Assembly: GCA_902610415.1 (NCBI GenBank)
Contig: CACLVL010000001.1
Coordinates: forward strand, 21,530 to 85,529
Direction of reading: 5' to 3'
DNA length: 64,000 nt
DNA from: an uncultured Alphaproteobacteria bacterium
GTDB lineage: Bacteria; Pseudomonadota; Alphaproteobacteria; HIMB59
Under the pieces are notes generated by a model. The model saw nothing but the letters and a program-made list of their open reading frames with translations. It had not been told where the DNA came from and did no database searches. Shown piece by piece: positions 13,207 through 23,143 of the stretch. Position 1 is the first letter of the stretch, and every line of letters begins with the position of its first letter. A program made the translations under genes and the position numbers.

Positions 13207-14979
13207 TTAAACTAGTACTTTTCCCTTTTCTTGATTTTCAGGATTTTCTTTATCATATTTTGATAAAAGCATTTCATGGTGCGCAGCCCCAGATGGTATC
13301 ATTGGAAAACAATTTTCTTTTTTATCAACCCAAATATCAGCAATAACAGGTCTATTTATAGAAATCATTTCATTAATAGTATCGTCTAACTCAGAAATAT
13401 TTTTTGCTCTTACTCCAACAGCATTAAAACTTTCAGCAAGTTTTTTAAAATCAGGTAGGGCATCAACATAACTTTCGGAATATCTACTTCCATGAAGAAG
13501 TTCCTGCCATTGTCTAACCATTCCCATATATTCATTATTTAAAATGAAAATCTTAATTGGTAACTTGTATTGAACTGCTGTAGCTATTTCTTGAATGTTC
13601 ATCAGAAAAGATGCCTCTCCAGCAATATCTATAACTAGAGAGTTTGGATTAGCCATTTGTGCTCCAACTGCAGCGGGCATACCAAAACCCATTGTACCAA
13701 GACCTCCAGAAGTAATCCACCTATTGGGTTTTGAAAATTTATAATACTGCGCTGCCCACATTTGATGTTGTCCAACTTCAGTGGTAATAAAAGTGTCTTT
13801 TTGAGCAGTTAGATCATACAACTTAGAAATGGCATGTTGAGGTTTGATAATCTCTTCACCTTGCTCATAGTGAAGACATTCTTTTTTTCTCCAGTCATTA
13901 ATCTGCCCCCACCAATTAATGTAATCTTTTTTTTCAAGTTCAATATTATTGGACTCTATAAAGGAGTTTATTTCTTTTAGTGTCATAGTGATGTCAGTAT
14001 TTGTATGAAAATTAACCTTTACATTTTTATTAATTGAACTTTGATCTATATCTATGTGAAATTTTACAGAGTCTGGAGAAAATGCATCTAGTCTTCCTGT
14101 TACTCTATCATCAAACCTTGCGCCAACATTAATCATTAAATCACATTTATTCATTGCTAGGTTTGCTTCATAGTTTCCATGCATCCCCAGCATTCCTAGT
14201 GAACTTTTATCTTCGCCCGGAAAACACCCTAAACCATGAAGTGTTGTTGTAATTGGGATATTAGTTTTATTTACGAGCTTGATTAATTCTTGGCTAGCTT
14301 TAGGCCCAGAGTTTAAACAACCACCACCAACATAAAAAATAGGTCTTTCAGATTTTTTAATATGATTTACAAGCTCTTGAACAAAATTTTTATCAACATT
14401 TTTAGAGCCAGCTTTAATTCTGTGCTCTCTAAAACTAATGTCTTTTTTTGGTATATATTTTGACTTTGCAAATTGGACGTCTTTTGGAATATCAATTAAC
14501 ACAGGACCTGGTCTTCCTGAGCTAGCTATTTTAAATGCTTCATGAATTGTTTCGGAGAGCTTACTAACATCTTTGACTAGATAGTTATGTTTAGTGCAAG
14601 GTCTTGTAATTCCAGTAGTATCACATTCTTGAAACGCATCTGTACCTATTAAATGTGAAGGGACTTGCCCACTAATACAAACTATTGGAATGCTATCCAT
14701 TAGTGCGTCAGTTAAGCCTGTTACCACATTAGTAACCCCAGGGCCTGAGGTCACTAACAAGACTCCTACTTTCCCACTTGATCTTGCATATCCCTCTGCT
14801 GCATGAACTGCGCCAGCTTCTTGTCTTACCAAAACATGTTTTAAAAAATTTTGGCCAAAAATTGCATCATAAATAGGAAGAACAGCTCCGCCTGGATAGC
14901 CAAAAATTGTATCTACTTCTTGGTCTTTGAGGGCCTTAAGTAGAATATCTGCTCCCGTAAATTCGTTTTCATTGTCCAT
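13207..14979 (-). CDS. ilvB: Acetolactate synthase large subunit
   Basis: FGYPGGA, TSGPG, MLGMHG, RFDDRVTG, GQHQMW, GMVRQWQ. Confidence 0.96.
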   Translation of the reverse strand: MDNENEFTGADILLKALKDQEVDTIFGYPGGAVLPIYDAIFGQNFLKHVLVRQEAGAVHAAEGYARSSGKVGVLLVTSGPGVTNVVTGLTDALMDSIPIVCISGQVPSHLIGTDAFQECDTTGITRPCTKHNYLVKDVSKLSETIHEAFKIASSGRPGPVLIDIPKDVQFAKSKYIPKKDISFREHRIKAGSKNVDKNFVQELVNHIKKSERPIFYVGGGCLNSGPKASQELIKLVNKTNIPITTTLHGLGCFPGEDKSSLGMLGMHGNYEANLAMNKCDLMINVGARFDDRVTGRLDAFSPDSVKFHIDIDQSSINKNVKVNFHTNTDITMTLKEINSFIESNNIELEKKDYINWWGQINDWRKKECLHYEQGEEIIKPQHAISKLYDLTAQKDTFITTEVGQHQMWAAQYYKFSKPNRWITSGGLGTMGFGMPAAVGAQMANPNSLVIDIAGEASFLMNIQEIATAVQYKLPIKIFILNNEYMGMVRQWQELLHGSRYSESYVDALPDFKKLAESFNAVGVRAKNISELDDTINEMISINRPVIADIWVDKKENCFPMIPSGAAHHEMLLSKYDKENPENQEKGKVLV

Positions 14980-15880
14980 TTAGGTATATACTTATATTTT
15001 CAATTGAATCTTTAGGGAAGCTTTTTTTATAGTTTATTCTAAGATTAAGTTGGCTAAATTTTTGGTTATTCCACCAAGTAAACTGTCTTTTGATATACCT
15101 TTTGGTATTTTTTATACCTAGATAGATGGCCTCCTCTAAGCTCATTTTGTTTCTAATACATGATAATAATTCAGGAAGACCATGGGCTTTATATAGAGTT
15201 CTAGATATTTTTTTATTTTCATAAAGAGATTTCACCTCCTCTAGAGCACCCTTATTGATCATTCGTTGAAATCTTAGTTCTGCTTTTTCATATAGATCTT
15301 TTTTAGGTTTTGTGACTTGTATTACGAGGGGATTAGGAGTGATGGCAATTTTATTGCCATAATTACTTTCCATTGTATCGTTGTGCTCTAAGCAGAAAGC
15401 TAAACGACTCAGTAACCTTTGTTTATCTTTTGGGAAGATTTTTTCTTTATAATATTTTTCTAGAACTTTTAAACAATAGTCTGGGCCTTTACTTAAAAAT
15501 AAATCTTCTGCATCTTTTTTAAATTTTTGACTGATTGATGGCATCTCTGATAATCCCTCTATTAGTGATTGAATGTAAAATCCTGTACCTCCAACAAAAA
15601 CAGGTGTCTTATTTCTACTTTGAATATTTTTAATTACTTGTTTAACATCATCAATCCAGTGATTGACAGAGTATTCTTTGTTATTGATGTGTCCGTAGAG
15701 ATGATGAGGGACTATCTTTAATTCTTTCTCCGTGGGTCTGTTTGATAAGATTTTTAATTGTTTATATACCTGAATACTGTCAGCGTTAATAATTTCTATA
15801 TCTATTAACTTTGATAATTCATAAGTATAATCATTTTTACCTGAGCAGGTAGGACCTACAACAAAAAGGAACTTATTCAA
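14969..15880 (-). CDS. miaA: tRNA dimethylallyltransferase
   Basis: GPTCSGK, NADSIQVY, VGGTGFY, KRQFTW. Confidence 0.95.
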   Translation of the reverse strand: MNKFLFVVGPTCSGKNDYTYELSKLIDIEIINADSIQVYKQLKILSNRPTEKELKIVPHHLYGHINNKEYSVNHWIDDVKQVIKNIQSRNKTPVFVGGTGFYIQSLIEGLSEMPSISQKFKKDAEDLFLSKGPDYCLKVLEKYYKEKIFPKDKQRLLSRLAFCLEHNDTMESNYGNKIAITPNPLVIQVTKPKKDLYEKAELRFQRMINKGALEEVKSLYENKKISRTLYKAHGLPELLSCIRNKMSLEEAIYLGIKNTKRYIKRQFTWWNNQKFSQLNLRINYKKSFPKDSIENISIYLNGQ

Positions 15881-17261
15881 TAACGAATGGGTTAATTAAC
15901 CAAAATTCATTACCATCTCTGATAACTCTTAATAATAATTTATCTCGATTTAATTTGATGCTATTTGCAACTATTGATTTAAAGGAGCTAATATCTTTAA
16001 TTTTCTCGCTTGAAACTTGAATAATAACGTCATTGTTTAATAGATTTTTGTTTTTATCACCTACTTCTTTGACCAAAATTCCTGAGGTTTTTGAGTCTAA
16101 ACCCAAACTATTTATAGCTTCACTAGATAATTCTTCGACGGTAATATCTAGTTCTTCAAGATAAACTCCCTCATTTTTAGCTAGTTTACGGCCTTCTTCT
16201 AACTCACCTACTTTAACATCAATATTTATTATCTCTCCATTTCTCCAAACTTTAACTACTACTTGGCTTCCGATAGGAGTTTCAGCAACTACTTTTGGTA
16301 AGTCTTTAAATGATAGAATTTTTTGATCATTAAACTCGATAATAATGTCCCCTGCCTGAATATTTGAAAGTGCCGCGGGGCTATTTGGTTCGACAGAAGC
16401 TACAAAAGCTCCCTCTGTCGAGTCATAGCCCAAGCTGTCAGAGAATTCTTGAGTTAAATCTTGAATTTGAACACCAAGCCTTCCTCTCTTTGCTTGGCCA
16501 AAAGAAATTATTTGTTCAACAATTAATTTTGCTGTTTTAGATGGAATTGAAAAGCCTAAACCAACACTGCCCCCTGTTTGAGAGATTATCATAGAATTAA
16601 TTCCTATTACTTCTCCATCTAAGTTAAACAAAGGTCCTCCAGAGTTTCCTCTATTAATTGGTGCATCGGTTTGTATGAAGTCAACGTAAGGGCCTCCACC
16701 AATATCTCTATTTATGGAAGAAATAATTCCAGATGTAACGGTTCCACCTAAACCAAGAGGGTTTCCAATTGCTAAAACGATATCACCAACTCTAGAGATA
16801 TCTGAGTCACCCCAATTTACACTTTGTATATTGATAGATGAAGGGTCGATTTTTAACACAGCGATGTCAGTCTTAGGATCAGTTCCAACAAGTTCCGCAG
16901 AGACTTCATCAATTCCGTTATTAAAAATTACTGTAATTTGATCTGCACCACTAATTACATGATTGTTTGTCACCACATAACCCTCATCATTAATAATAAA
17001 TCCAGATCCAAGACCAGTTAAATTTTCACGTTTTGGCATTTGATTTCCAAAAAAATCATCGAACATATCATTAAATGGATGGCCTTCTGGTAATTCAGGT
17101 AATTGACTTGTCTGCCTTTCTACAGTCTGACTGGTAGCTATACTGACAACTGAGGGCAATAGCCGATCTACTAAGTCAGCATATCCTCTTTCAAATTGTG
17201 CGAAACTTGTATTTGTAAGAAAAAATAAATTGAAAAGAGATAAAAAGATGAGTCTTTTCAT
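15873..17261 (-). CDS. degP: HtrA/DegP family periplasmic serine protease
   Basis: Signal peptide, TNNHV, DIAVL, GNSGGPL, two PDZ-like regions. Confidence 0.9.
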   Translation of the reverse strand: MKRLIFLSLFNLFFLTNTSFAQFERGYADLVDRLLPSVVSIATSQTVERQTSQLPELPEGHPFNDMFDDFFGNQMPKRENLTGLGSGFIINDEGYVVTNNHVISGADQITVIFNNGIDEVSAELVGTDPKTDIAVLKIDPSSINIQSVNWGDSDISRVGDIVLAIGNPLGLGGTVTSGIISSINRDIGGGPYVDFIQTDAPINRGNSGGPLFNLDGEVIGINSMIISQTGGSVGLGFSIPSKTAKLIVEQIISFGQAKRGRLGVQIQDLTQEFSDSLGYDSTEGAFVASVEPNSPAALSNIQAGDIIIEFNDQKILSFKDLPKVVAETPIGSQVVVKVWRNGEIINIDVKVGELEEGRKLAKNEGVYLEELDITVEELSSEAINSLGLDSKTSGILVKEVGDKNKNLLNNDVIIQVSSEKIKDISSFKSIVANSIKLNRDKLLLRVIRDGNEFWLINPFVIE

Positions 17262-17276
17262 TGATATATTTTAATT

Positions 17277-18146
17277 TTAGTTTGTGCCCTCAGAGTTTTC
17301 AAAGTATTCAAAGAAATCACTATCAGGCGATATAACCATGGTAGTTGTTCCGTCTTTAAAAGTATCTGAGTAAGCTTCCATAGATCTTATAAATTCAAAA
17401 AATTCAGGATCCCTAGCAAATGCATCATTCAATATTTTATTTCTTGCAGCTTCACCCTCACCTTTTAAAATATTAGATTGTTTTTCAGCTTCTGCAATTA
17501 TCTCAATTTTTTGTCTGTCTGCAGTCGCTTTAATTTTTTGTGATATCTCTTGGCCCTCTGCTCTTAAAAGATTTGCTTCTCTTTCTCTCTCAGTTCTCAT
17601 TCTGTCAAAAACGTTTGATTGAACCTCAGGAGTTAATTCTGTTCTTTTTAGTCTTAAATCAACAATTTCAATACCAAAGTTATCTTGATCTTCACGAACG
17701 TTTTCAAAAATCTCAGCCATAATTTTTTCACGATCATCAGATAACAAATCATTTAATTGATACTGGGCAATCACTCCTCTAACTGAAGAATTTACAATTC
17801 TACCCAATCTATCATTTAATGCTAATTCTGTTCTTGTTGTCTGAAAAAACTTCAAAGGATCTTTAATCATGTATCTTACAATTGAGTCGACCACGATACG
17901 CTTTTGATCTCTTAGAATTACTTCTTCTTGGGCCGGATCTAAGTTTAAAACCCTACTATCATAGTAAACAACGTTTTGAATAAAAGGTAATTTAAACTTT
18001 AAACCAGGAGTTTGATGTACTGCACGAGGTTCACCAAATTGTAAAACTATTACTTGTTTTGTTTGATCTACAACGAAGAAAAAACCTGATGCAAATAAAA
18101 TAAAGAAGAAAGATAATCCGATGATTACATAATTTCTCATTTTCAT
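17277..18146 (-). CDS. hflC: FtsH modulator HflC
   Basis: SPFH domain, RMRTERE..A...RAEG, DPEFFEFIRSM. Confidence 0.94.
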   Translation of the reverse strand: MKMRNYVIIGLSFFFILFASGFFFVVDQTKQVIVLQFGEPRAVHQTPGLKFKLPFIQNVVYYDSRVLNLDPAQEEVILRDQKRIVVDSIVRYMIKDPLKFFQTTRTELALNDRLGRIVNSSVRGVIAQYQLNDLLSDDREKIMAEIFENVREDQDNFGIEIVDLRLKRTELTPEVQSNVFDRMRTEREREANLLRAEGQEISQKIKATADRQKIEIIAEAEKQSNILKGEGEAARNKILNDAFARDPEFFEFIRSMEAYSDTFKDGTTTMVISPDSDFFEYFENSEGTN

Positions 18147-19243
18147 TGGCTATCCACTTGTTTATTTTTATTTAATTCGTTTAATGGCAAATAAGGAACA
18201 ACGCCATTTCCTGAGTTTTGATCGATCATTATCTTACTAGATCCTGAAAGAACATCTCTTAACGTTTCTAAGTATATCCTTTTTTTAGTTGTTTCTTTTG
18301 ACTGCTCGTAAGTATCTAACACTTGAAGAAATCTACTTGATTCACCCTCAGCTTGTTTAATTAGTTTGTTTCTATAACCTTCTGCTTCTTGAAGAATTTT
18401 TTCAGCTTCACCTCTTGCTTCTGGAACAATTCTGTTACTGTAGGCTTCTGCCTGATTGACAGTTCTCTCTTTATCCTGTCTTGCTTTTTGAACATCATCA
18501 AAAGCGTCAATAACTTCTCTTGGGGGATTAACATCTTGTAATTGAATAGACTGGATTAATATACCGACTTCATACTCATCTAAGAGCTCTTGGAGTAAAG
18601 ACCGTGAGTCTCTTTCAACAGACTGTCTAGATACAGTGAGAAGGCCTTCAAGGTTTGTTTGTCCTACAACTTCCCTAAGAACACTTTCAGAAATTACTTT
18701 TACGGTTTCCTCGGGATCCCTTAAATTAAATAGAAACTGACCAGCATCTTTAATTCTATAAAGAACGGTATAGTCTAAATCCGAAATATTTTGATCAGAT
18801 GTAAGCATCATGCTTTCTTCAAGAACATCTCTTGTTGAATTACCACTTGATCTAAAGCCAACATTAATTTTTCTAATTGCCTCTACTTTTGGTGTAAGAA
18901 CTTTTCCAATAGGTGTAGGAAAGAAATAATGAAGTCCGGGGTCAGTTGTACTTTCGTTCCACTTACCAAATAATAATTCAACTCCTTGCTCATCAGGTTC
19001 AACTCTGTAAAAACCAGTTGCCAACCAAATCACAAAAGCAATTAAAATTAAAAATGAGACACCCTTGAATCCACCTTTAAAAGGCATTTTAAACTTATAT
19101 TTATTTTTAAGATCTTTAAGAAGATCATCAATTGAGTCATTGTTTCCACCAGAAAAACCTCCACCAGATCCTCTGTTATTATTTCCTGAAGAGGAACCCC
19201 ATGGGCCATCAAGTGCGAAAATTTTAAATTTGTTTTTGTTCAC
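18143..19243 (-). CDS. hflK: FtsH modulator HflK
   Basis: GPWG Gly-rich N-terminus, MLTSDQN, AFDDVQ, YLPL; GTG start. Confidence 0.94.
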   Translation of the reverse strand: MNKNKFKIFALDGPWGSSSGNNNRGSGGGFSGGNNDSIDDLLKDLKNKYKFKMPFKGGFKGVSFLILIAFVIWLATGFYRVEPDEQGVELLFGKWNESTTDPGLHYFFPTPIGKVLTPKVEAIRKINVGFRSSGNSTRDVLEESMMLTSDQNISDLDYTVLYRIKDAGQFLFNLRDPEETVKVISESVLREVVGQTNLEGLLTVSRQSVERDSRSLLQELLDEYEVGILIQSIQLQDVNPPREVIDAFDDVQKARQDKERTVNQAEAYSNRIVPEARGEAEKILQEAEGYRNKLIKQAEGESSRFLQVLDTYEQSKETTKKRIYLETLRDVLSGSSKIMIDQNSGNGVVPYLPLNELNKNKQVDSQ

Positions 19244-19269
19244 GATACAATATATGTAGTGTTTAATAG

Positions 19270-20016
19270 ATGAATATCAAGACTTGTTTTGGAATTTCAA
19301 GCTGTAAAGGTGGCGTTGGTAAATCCACCGTAGCCTGCAATATAGCTATAACTCTAGCGAACAAAGGATACAAAGTTGGCCTTTTAGACGCAGACATATA
19401 TGGGCCTAGTGTCCCAACATTACTTGGCATCGGAGATAAGGAACCCAGAGTTGAAGATGGGAAGTTTTTGCCCTTTGAGGTATTTGGGATAAAGGCGATG
19501 TCGATAGGCTTCCTAGTCAATGAAGAACAAGCAATTGTTTGGAGAGGACCAATGTTAGCTAAAGGGCTTGATGGTCTTATAAATAAGACAATATGGGGTG
19601 ATTTAGATTATTTAATTGTTGATTTTCCTCCTGGTACTGGAGATGTACAAATATCCATGTCTCAAAAACTAAAACTGGATGGAACTCTTATTATTACAAC
19701 TCCCCAACTGTTATCACTAAAAGATGTCATTAGAGGTATTAATATGTTTATCAAGGTGGGTGTTCCAATACTTGGTGTAGTAGAAAACATGTCTTATTTA
19801 GAAGAACAAAATAAAAAAAAATATATTTTTGGTGAATCAAAGACCAAGTCTTTGTTACTAAAAGAAAATATAAATTTAATTGAAGAGCTTCCTTTTAATT
19901 TAAATGTCCCTAAAAGTTGTGATGACGGAAAGCCCTATTGTTTTGATTATAAAGACGACTATTCTTTAAAATTTGAAAATATTACAAACGCAATTACAAA
20001 AAAATTTCAAAGTTAA
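19270..20016 (+). CDS. Mrp/ApbC (Nbp35 family) P-loop NTPase
   Basis: KGGVGKST, DADIYGPS, WRGPM, DFPPGTGD, ENMS; CxxC motif absent. Confidence 0.9.
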   Translation: MNIKTCFGISSCKGGVGKSTVACNIAITLANKGYKVGLLDADIYGPSVPTLLGIGDKEPRVEDGKFLPFEVFGIKAMSIGFLVNEEQAIVWRGPMLAKGLDGLINKTIWGDLDYLIVDFPPGTGDVQISMSQKLKLDGTLIITTPQLLSLKDVIRGINMFIKVGVPILGVVENMSYLEEQNKKKYIFGESKTKSLLLKENINLIEELPFNLNVPKSCDDGKPYCFDYKDDYSLKFENITNAITKKFQS

Positions 20017-20939
20017 GATAATTTAATATTAAACTTTACTTCTAACTCTCTTAGCTCTCTTGGGGATAGCTTGTAATTAGACTTCTTAATTTTTTTATTT
20101 GCTAATTTATCTTTAACAATTTTTAAAGCCTCCTTAGAGAGTTGGAATGAGTCTGAACGGTAATCTTCGAAAGCTTCGTATGTTAAAGGTACCCACTTTT
20201 TCAATATTTCAACCATTTTTTCAGCATAAATTTGAATTTCATACTGAGCATGACTATCTGCTCTTAATCTTAAAAAGTGCATGAGATTATGTAGGTCTAC
20301 CTTCCAATACCATTGAGTGTAATAATTTAATGGGAGAGTTGTTCGAGCTAATTCTCTCGCTAGTCCCTCCCCTACAACATATTCGTCGTTATTCAAAAGT
20401 TTACCATTAAGCAAATTTTGATAATCGTCATAAAGTTGCTCCGAATTCTTTTGAATTAAATCTTGAGCCTGCTTTGCAAATTTTTTATCTAAAGTATTTG
20501 ATCTTCCTTGTTTGTTTGTAGTCGATTGAGATCCTAGTTGATCCATTTCTGGAACATAAAATTCTTTATCTAGTACTGAGTATCTTGCAGAGTATTCATT
20601 TACATTTGCAGTTCTGTGTCTAATCCATTGTCTTGCAACAAAAATAGGAAGTTTGATATGAAATTTAATTTCACACATCTCAAAGGGAGTTGTATGCCAA
20701 TGACTAAGTAAATACCTAATTAGACCCCTGTCTTCACGTAATTTTTTTGTTCCCTCTCCATAAGATACTCTTGCCGCTTGGACTATAGACTGATCAGTTC
20801 CCATATAGTCAATAACTCTAATAAAGCCATGGTCTAATATAGGTATTTGCTTATATAATATTTTTTCTAGAGCAGACGATGTAGCTCTGGTGGTTTTAAA
20901 ATCTTTAAATATTGGCACTTTAATGATTTTTTTCTTCAT
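20013..20939 (-). CDS. thyX: FAD-dependent thymidylate synthase
   Basis: HTTPFE, RQWIRHR...NEYSARY, RELAR, HAQYEI. Confidence 0.97.
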   Translation of the reverse strand: MKKKIIKVPIFKDFKTTRATSSALEKILYKQIPILDHGFIRVIDYMGTDQSIVQAARVSYGEGTKKLREDRGLIRYLLSHWHTTPFEMCEIKFHIKLPIFVARQWIRHRTANVNEYSARYSVLDKEFYVPEMDQLGSQSTTNKQGRSNTLDKKFAKQAQDLIQKNSEQLYDDYQNLLNGKLLNNDEYVVGEGLARELARTTLPLNYYTQWYWKVDLHNLMHFLRLRADSHAQYEIQIYAEKMVEILKKWVPLTYEAFEDYRSDSFQLSKEALKIVKDKLANKKIKKSNYKLSPRELRELEVKFNIKLS

Positions 20940-20994
20940 AGATGTTTAAAGGATTCATTTATTAGACTATATTATCTTAGTTGTTTATCAACTA

Positions 20995-21240
20995 TAGCAA
21001 TAAACGCTGTATGTAATAGGTGTATCGGACTCGGGGGCGGTACCCGACACCTCCACCATAAAATTTTTATGGGGGTGATATAGGTTTGACGTGCTCTGAA
21101 GGATATAGTTTTTGCTCGTTGTAAGCGTTTCTTCGATATAGAAACTTAAAATAATTGCTAACGATAATGAATTAGCACTCGCTGCTTAATATAATTAGGT
21201 AAGCGCGGCTTTGGGGCGGCCGGGCAACAGAACGCCCCTC
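20995..21240 (+). ncRNA. ssrA: Circularly permuted (two-piece) tmRNA, tag ANDNELALAA
   Basis: Acceptor end GGACTCGGGGGCGGTACCCGACACCTCCACCA ends at 21058; 12-nt intervening segment; GGGGGTGA 5' end at 21071; tag reading frame 21157-21189; GGGGCG..GGCAACAGAA..CGCCCC end hairpin. Outer boundaries approximate. Confidence 0.93.
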
Positions 21241-21259
21241 TCATTAAATTTGTAATCTT

Positions 21260-21451
21260 TTATAAAGTAATTTTGTATGTCCTGGAGTCTTTCTGATCAC
21301 TGATATCAATTATGTTAAATTTACTTGTTTTTTCTATCTTTACGCCTTTAGAAGTAACAAATGATTTCATTTTTTTTACTTCACCCTCTGACATTTTTCT
21401 TTGATATTTAAGTGTATGACTTTTGGAACCAATTTTAAAAATAGTTTTCAT
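21260..21451 (-). CDS. Small basic hypothetical protein
   Basis: 63-aa ATG ORF filling an otherwise empty gap. Confidence 0.65.
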   Translation of the reverse strand: MKTIFKIGSKSHTLKYQRKMSEGEVKKMKSFVTSKGVKIEKTSKFNIIDISDQKDSRTYKITL

Positions 21452-21600
21452 ATATTTATTACGATTTAAATTAGATTATTAGATGATAAACGATAATTTA
21501 TATCAAAAATATTTTATTAAAATTAATTATGATTTTTTAACATAATATTGAAATTAAAATATTTTAAATCATAATAGACAGAAATAAGGAGGAATTTATT

Positions 21601-21900
21601 ATGGAAAAAATGATGTTAGCTATTGGTAAATTTAAAGAGGGTGAAGGTAAATTTGAAAAATTTATGGCTTTTTTTCAATCTGAAGAGGGGATGGCAATGA
21701 GGAAAGCTGCAGCACATGTCGAAAAAACAGTTCCTGGAATTTTGCCTGATAAGAGCGGAATTATGTTTAAAGTTCATGTTCATAATGAAGAGGAAATGAT
21801 GGGAATCGTTAAAGGAACCAATCCTGCAATGAAACCTATTTACGATGAATGTATTCAAAGTATAGAATTATTTGAATTAACTTCAGTCGATATTACGTAA
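21601..21900 (+). CDS. Hypothetical protein
   Basis: Strong RBS AAGGAGGA upstream; 99 aa. Confidence 0.75.
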   Translation: MEKMMLAIGKFKEGEGKFEKFMAFFQSEEGMAMRKAAAHVEKTVPGILPDKSGIMFKVHVHNEEEMMGIVKGTNPAMKPIYDECIQSIELFELTSVDIT

Positions 21901-21910
21901 AAAGGATGAT

Positions 21911-22261
21911 TTGATGGGAATAGAAATAAAAGATTTCAATAATCCAGATGATCAAAATAACAACTTTAATAATGCAACTGTAGATGTTGTTAAAGTTGGT
22001 GATCAAAGAATGATGAGGATCACTGCTGAGCCTGGTTGGAAGTGGTCAAATGATGTAAAGCCACATGTTGGCACAGAAAGTTGTCAAACAAAACATTTAG
22101 GTTATATTGCATCTGGTTCTGTTTGTGTACGTATGGATGATGGAACAGAAGCAACTTACTCTTCAGGTCAAGCTTACTCAATTGATCCAGGTCATGATGG
22201 ATGGGTAGTCGGTAATGAAACTGCTGTTATGATAGAGTTTCATGGAGCTTGGGGAGAATAA
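21911..22261 (+). CDS. Cupin domain protein
   Basis: PGWKWS, CQTKHLGY..SG, IDPGHDGWVVG. Confidence 0.85.
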   Translation: MMGIEIKDFNNPDDQNNNFNNATVDVVKVGDQRMMRITAEPGWKWSNDVKPHVGTESCQTKHLGYIASGSVCVRMDDGTEATYSSGQAYSIDPGHDGWVVGNETAVMIEFHGAWGE

Positions 22262-22289
22262 CTGAGATTAATAATTTAAGGAGAAATAA

Positions 22290-22613
22290 ATGTCTTTATT
22301 AGAAAAATACAACGAAGTTTTTATGAACAAAGATGAAGCTGGAATGAATGAGGTGCTTCATGATGATTACAAGTTCACAATGCATGCATCAGGAAATGTT
22401 TTAAGTAAGCAAGATGTCATAAAGTGGGCAATGAGCGATGATATCAATAGAGAAAAAGTTCGAATTATTTATGAAAATGATGAAATTGGAATTGAACATT
22501 CTTTTGTGACTTTTTCAGATGGAAATAAACAAGCTGTAATGGCCGTGTTCACTTTTAAAGATGGTAAAATTTTCTCTTTAGAAACTGGTGCCACGAATAT
22601 GCCAAAAGCTTAA
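22290..22613 (+). CDS. NTF2/SnoaL-like protein
   Basis: LHDDY, YEND, KDGKI..LETGAT; RBS AAGGAG. Confidence 0.7.
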   Translation: MSLLEKYNEVFMNKDEAGMNEVLHDDYKFTMHASGNVLSKQDVIKWAMSDDINREKVRIIYENDEIGIEHSFVTFSDGNKQAVMAVFTFKDGKIFSLETGATNMPKA

Positions 22614-22981
22614 TTAATAAATTTTAAAAGGTTCGGTTTAAAATAATTCGGGCCTTTCATTACTTTTCCAGACTCATTATAAATAGGTTTTCCATCTTCA
22701 CCTAACTTGCTCATGTTAGAGTTTTGAACTTCATCAAAGCATTTATCTAAATCAATACCAAAAGCATGACCAGCTCCGTAAGTGACATAAAGTATGTCCG
22801 TCAATGCATCAGCTACCTCAAGTAAGTTTTTTTCATTTATTGCTTGGGTTAATTCCTCTAATTCTTCTTTTATAAGGTCAATTCTTAATTTGTTTGTCTT
22901 TGCATCACTAAATTCAGCTTTGTCCTTTACTTCTTGACCATAAGTATTCATGAATAACTTCACTTTTTCAAAATTTGTCAT
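22610..22981 (-). CDS. All-alpha NTP pyrophosphohydrolase (MazG-like superfamily)
   Basis: LIKEELEEL, EVADALTDILYV, SNMSK, GKVMKG. Confidence 0.85.
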   Translation of the reverse strand: MTNFEKVKLFMNTYGQEVKDKAEFSDAKTNKLRIDLIKEELEELTQAINEKNLLEVADALTDILYVTYGAGHAFGIDLDKCFDEVQNSNMSKLGEDGKPIYNESGKVMKGPNYFKPNLLKFIN

Positions 22982-23057
22982 TTAGCTCTCCTCTTTCCCA
23001 TAATAACTAATTTTTACTAGTAAAAAGAAATTATTTATAATAAGAATTATTCGCTAT

Positions 23058-23133
<76 letters not shown>

Positions 23134-23143
23134 CTTCTTTTAG

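Noticed and set aside
21213-21238. Independent terminator hairpin
   Set aside because: It contains GGCAACAGAA and is better read as the end of the tmRNA coding piece.
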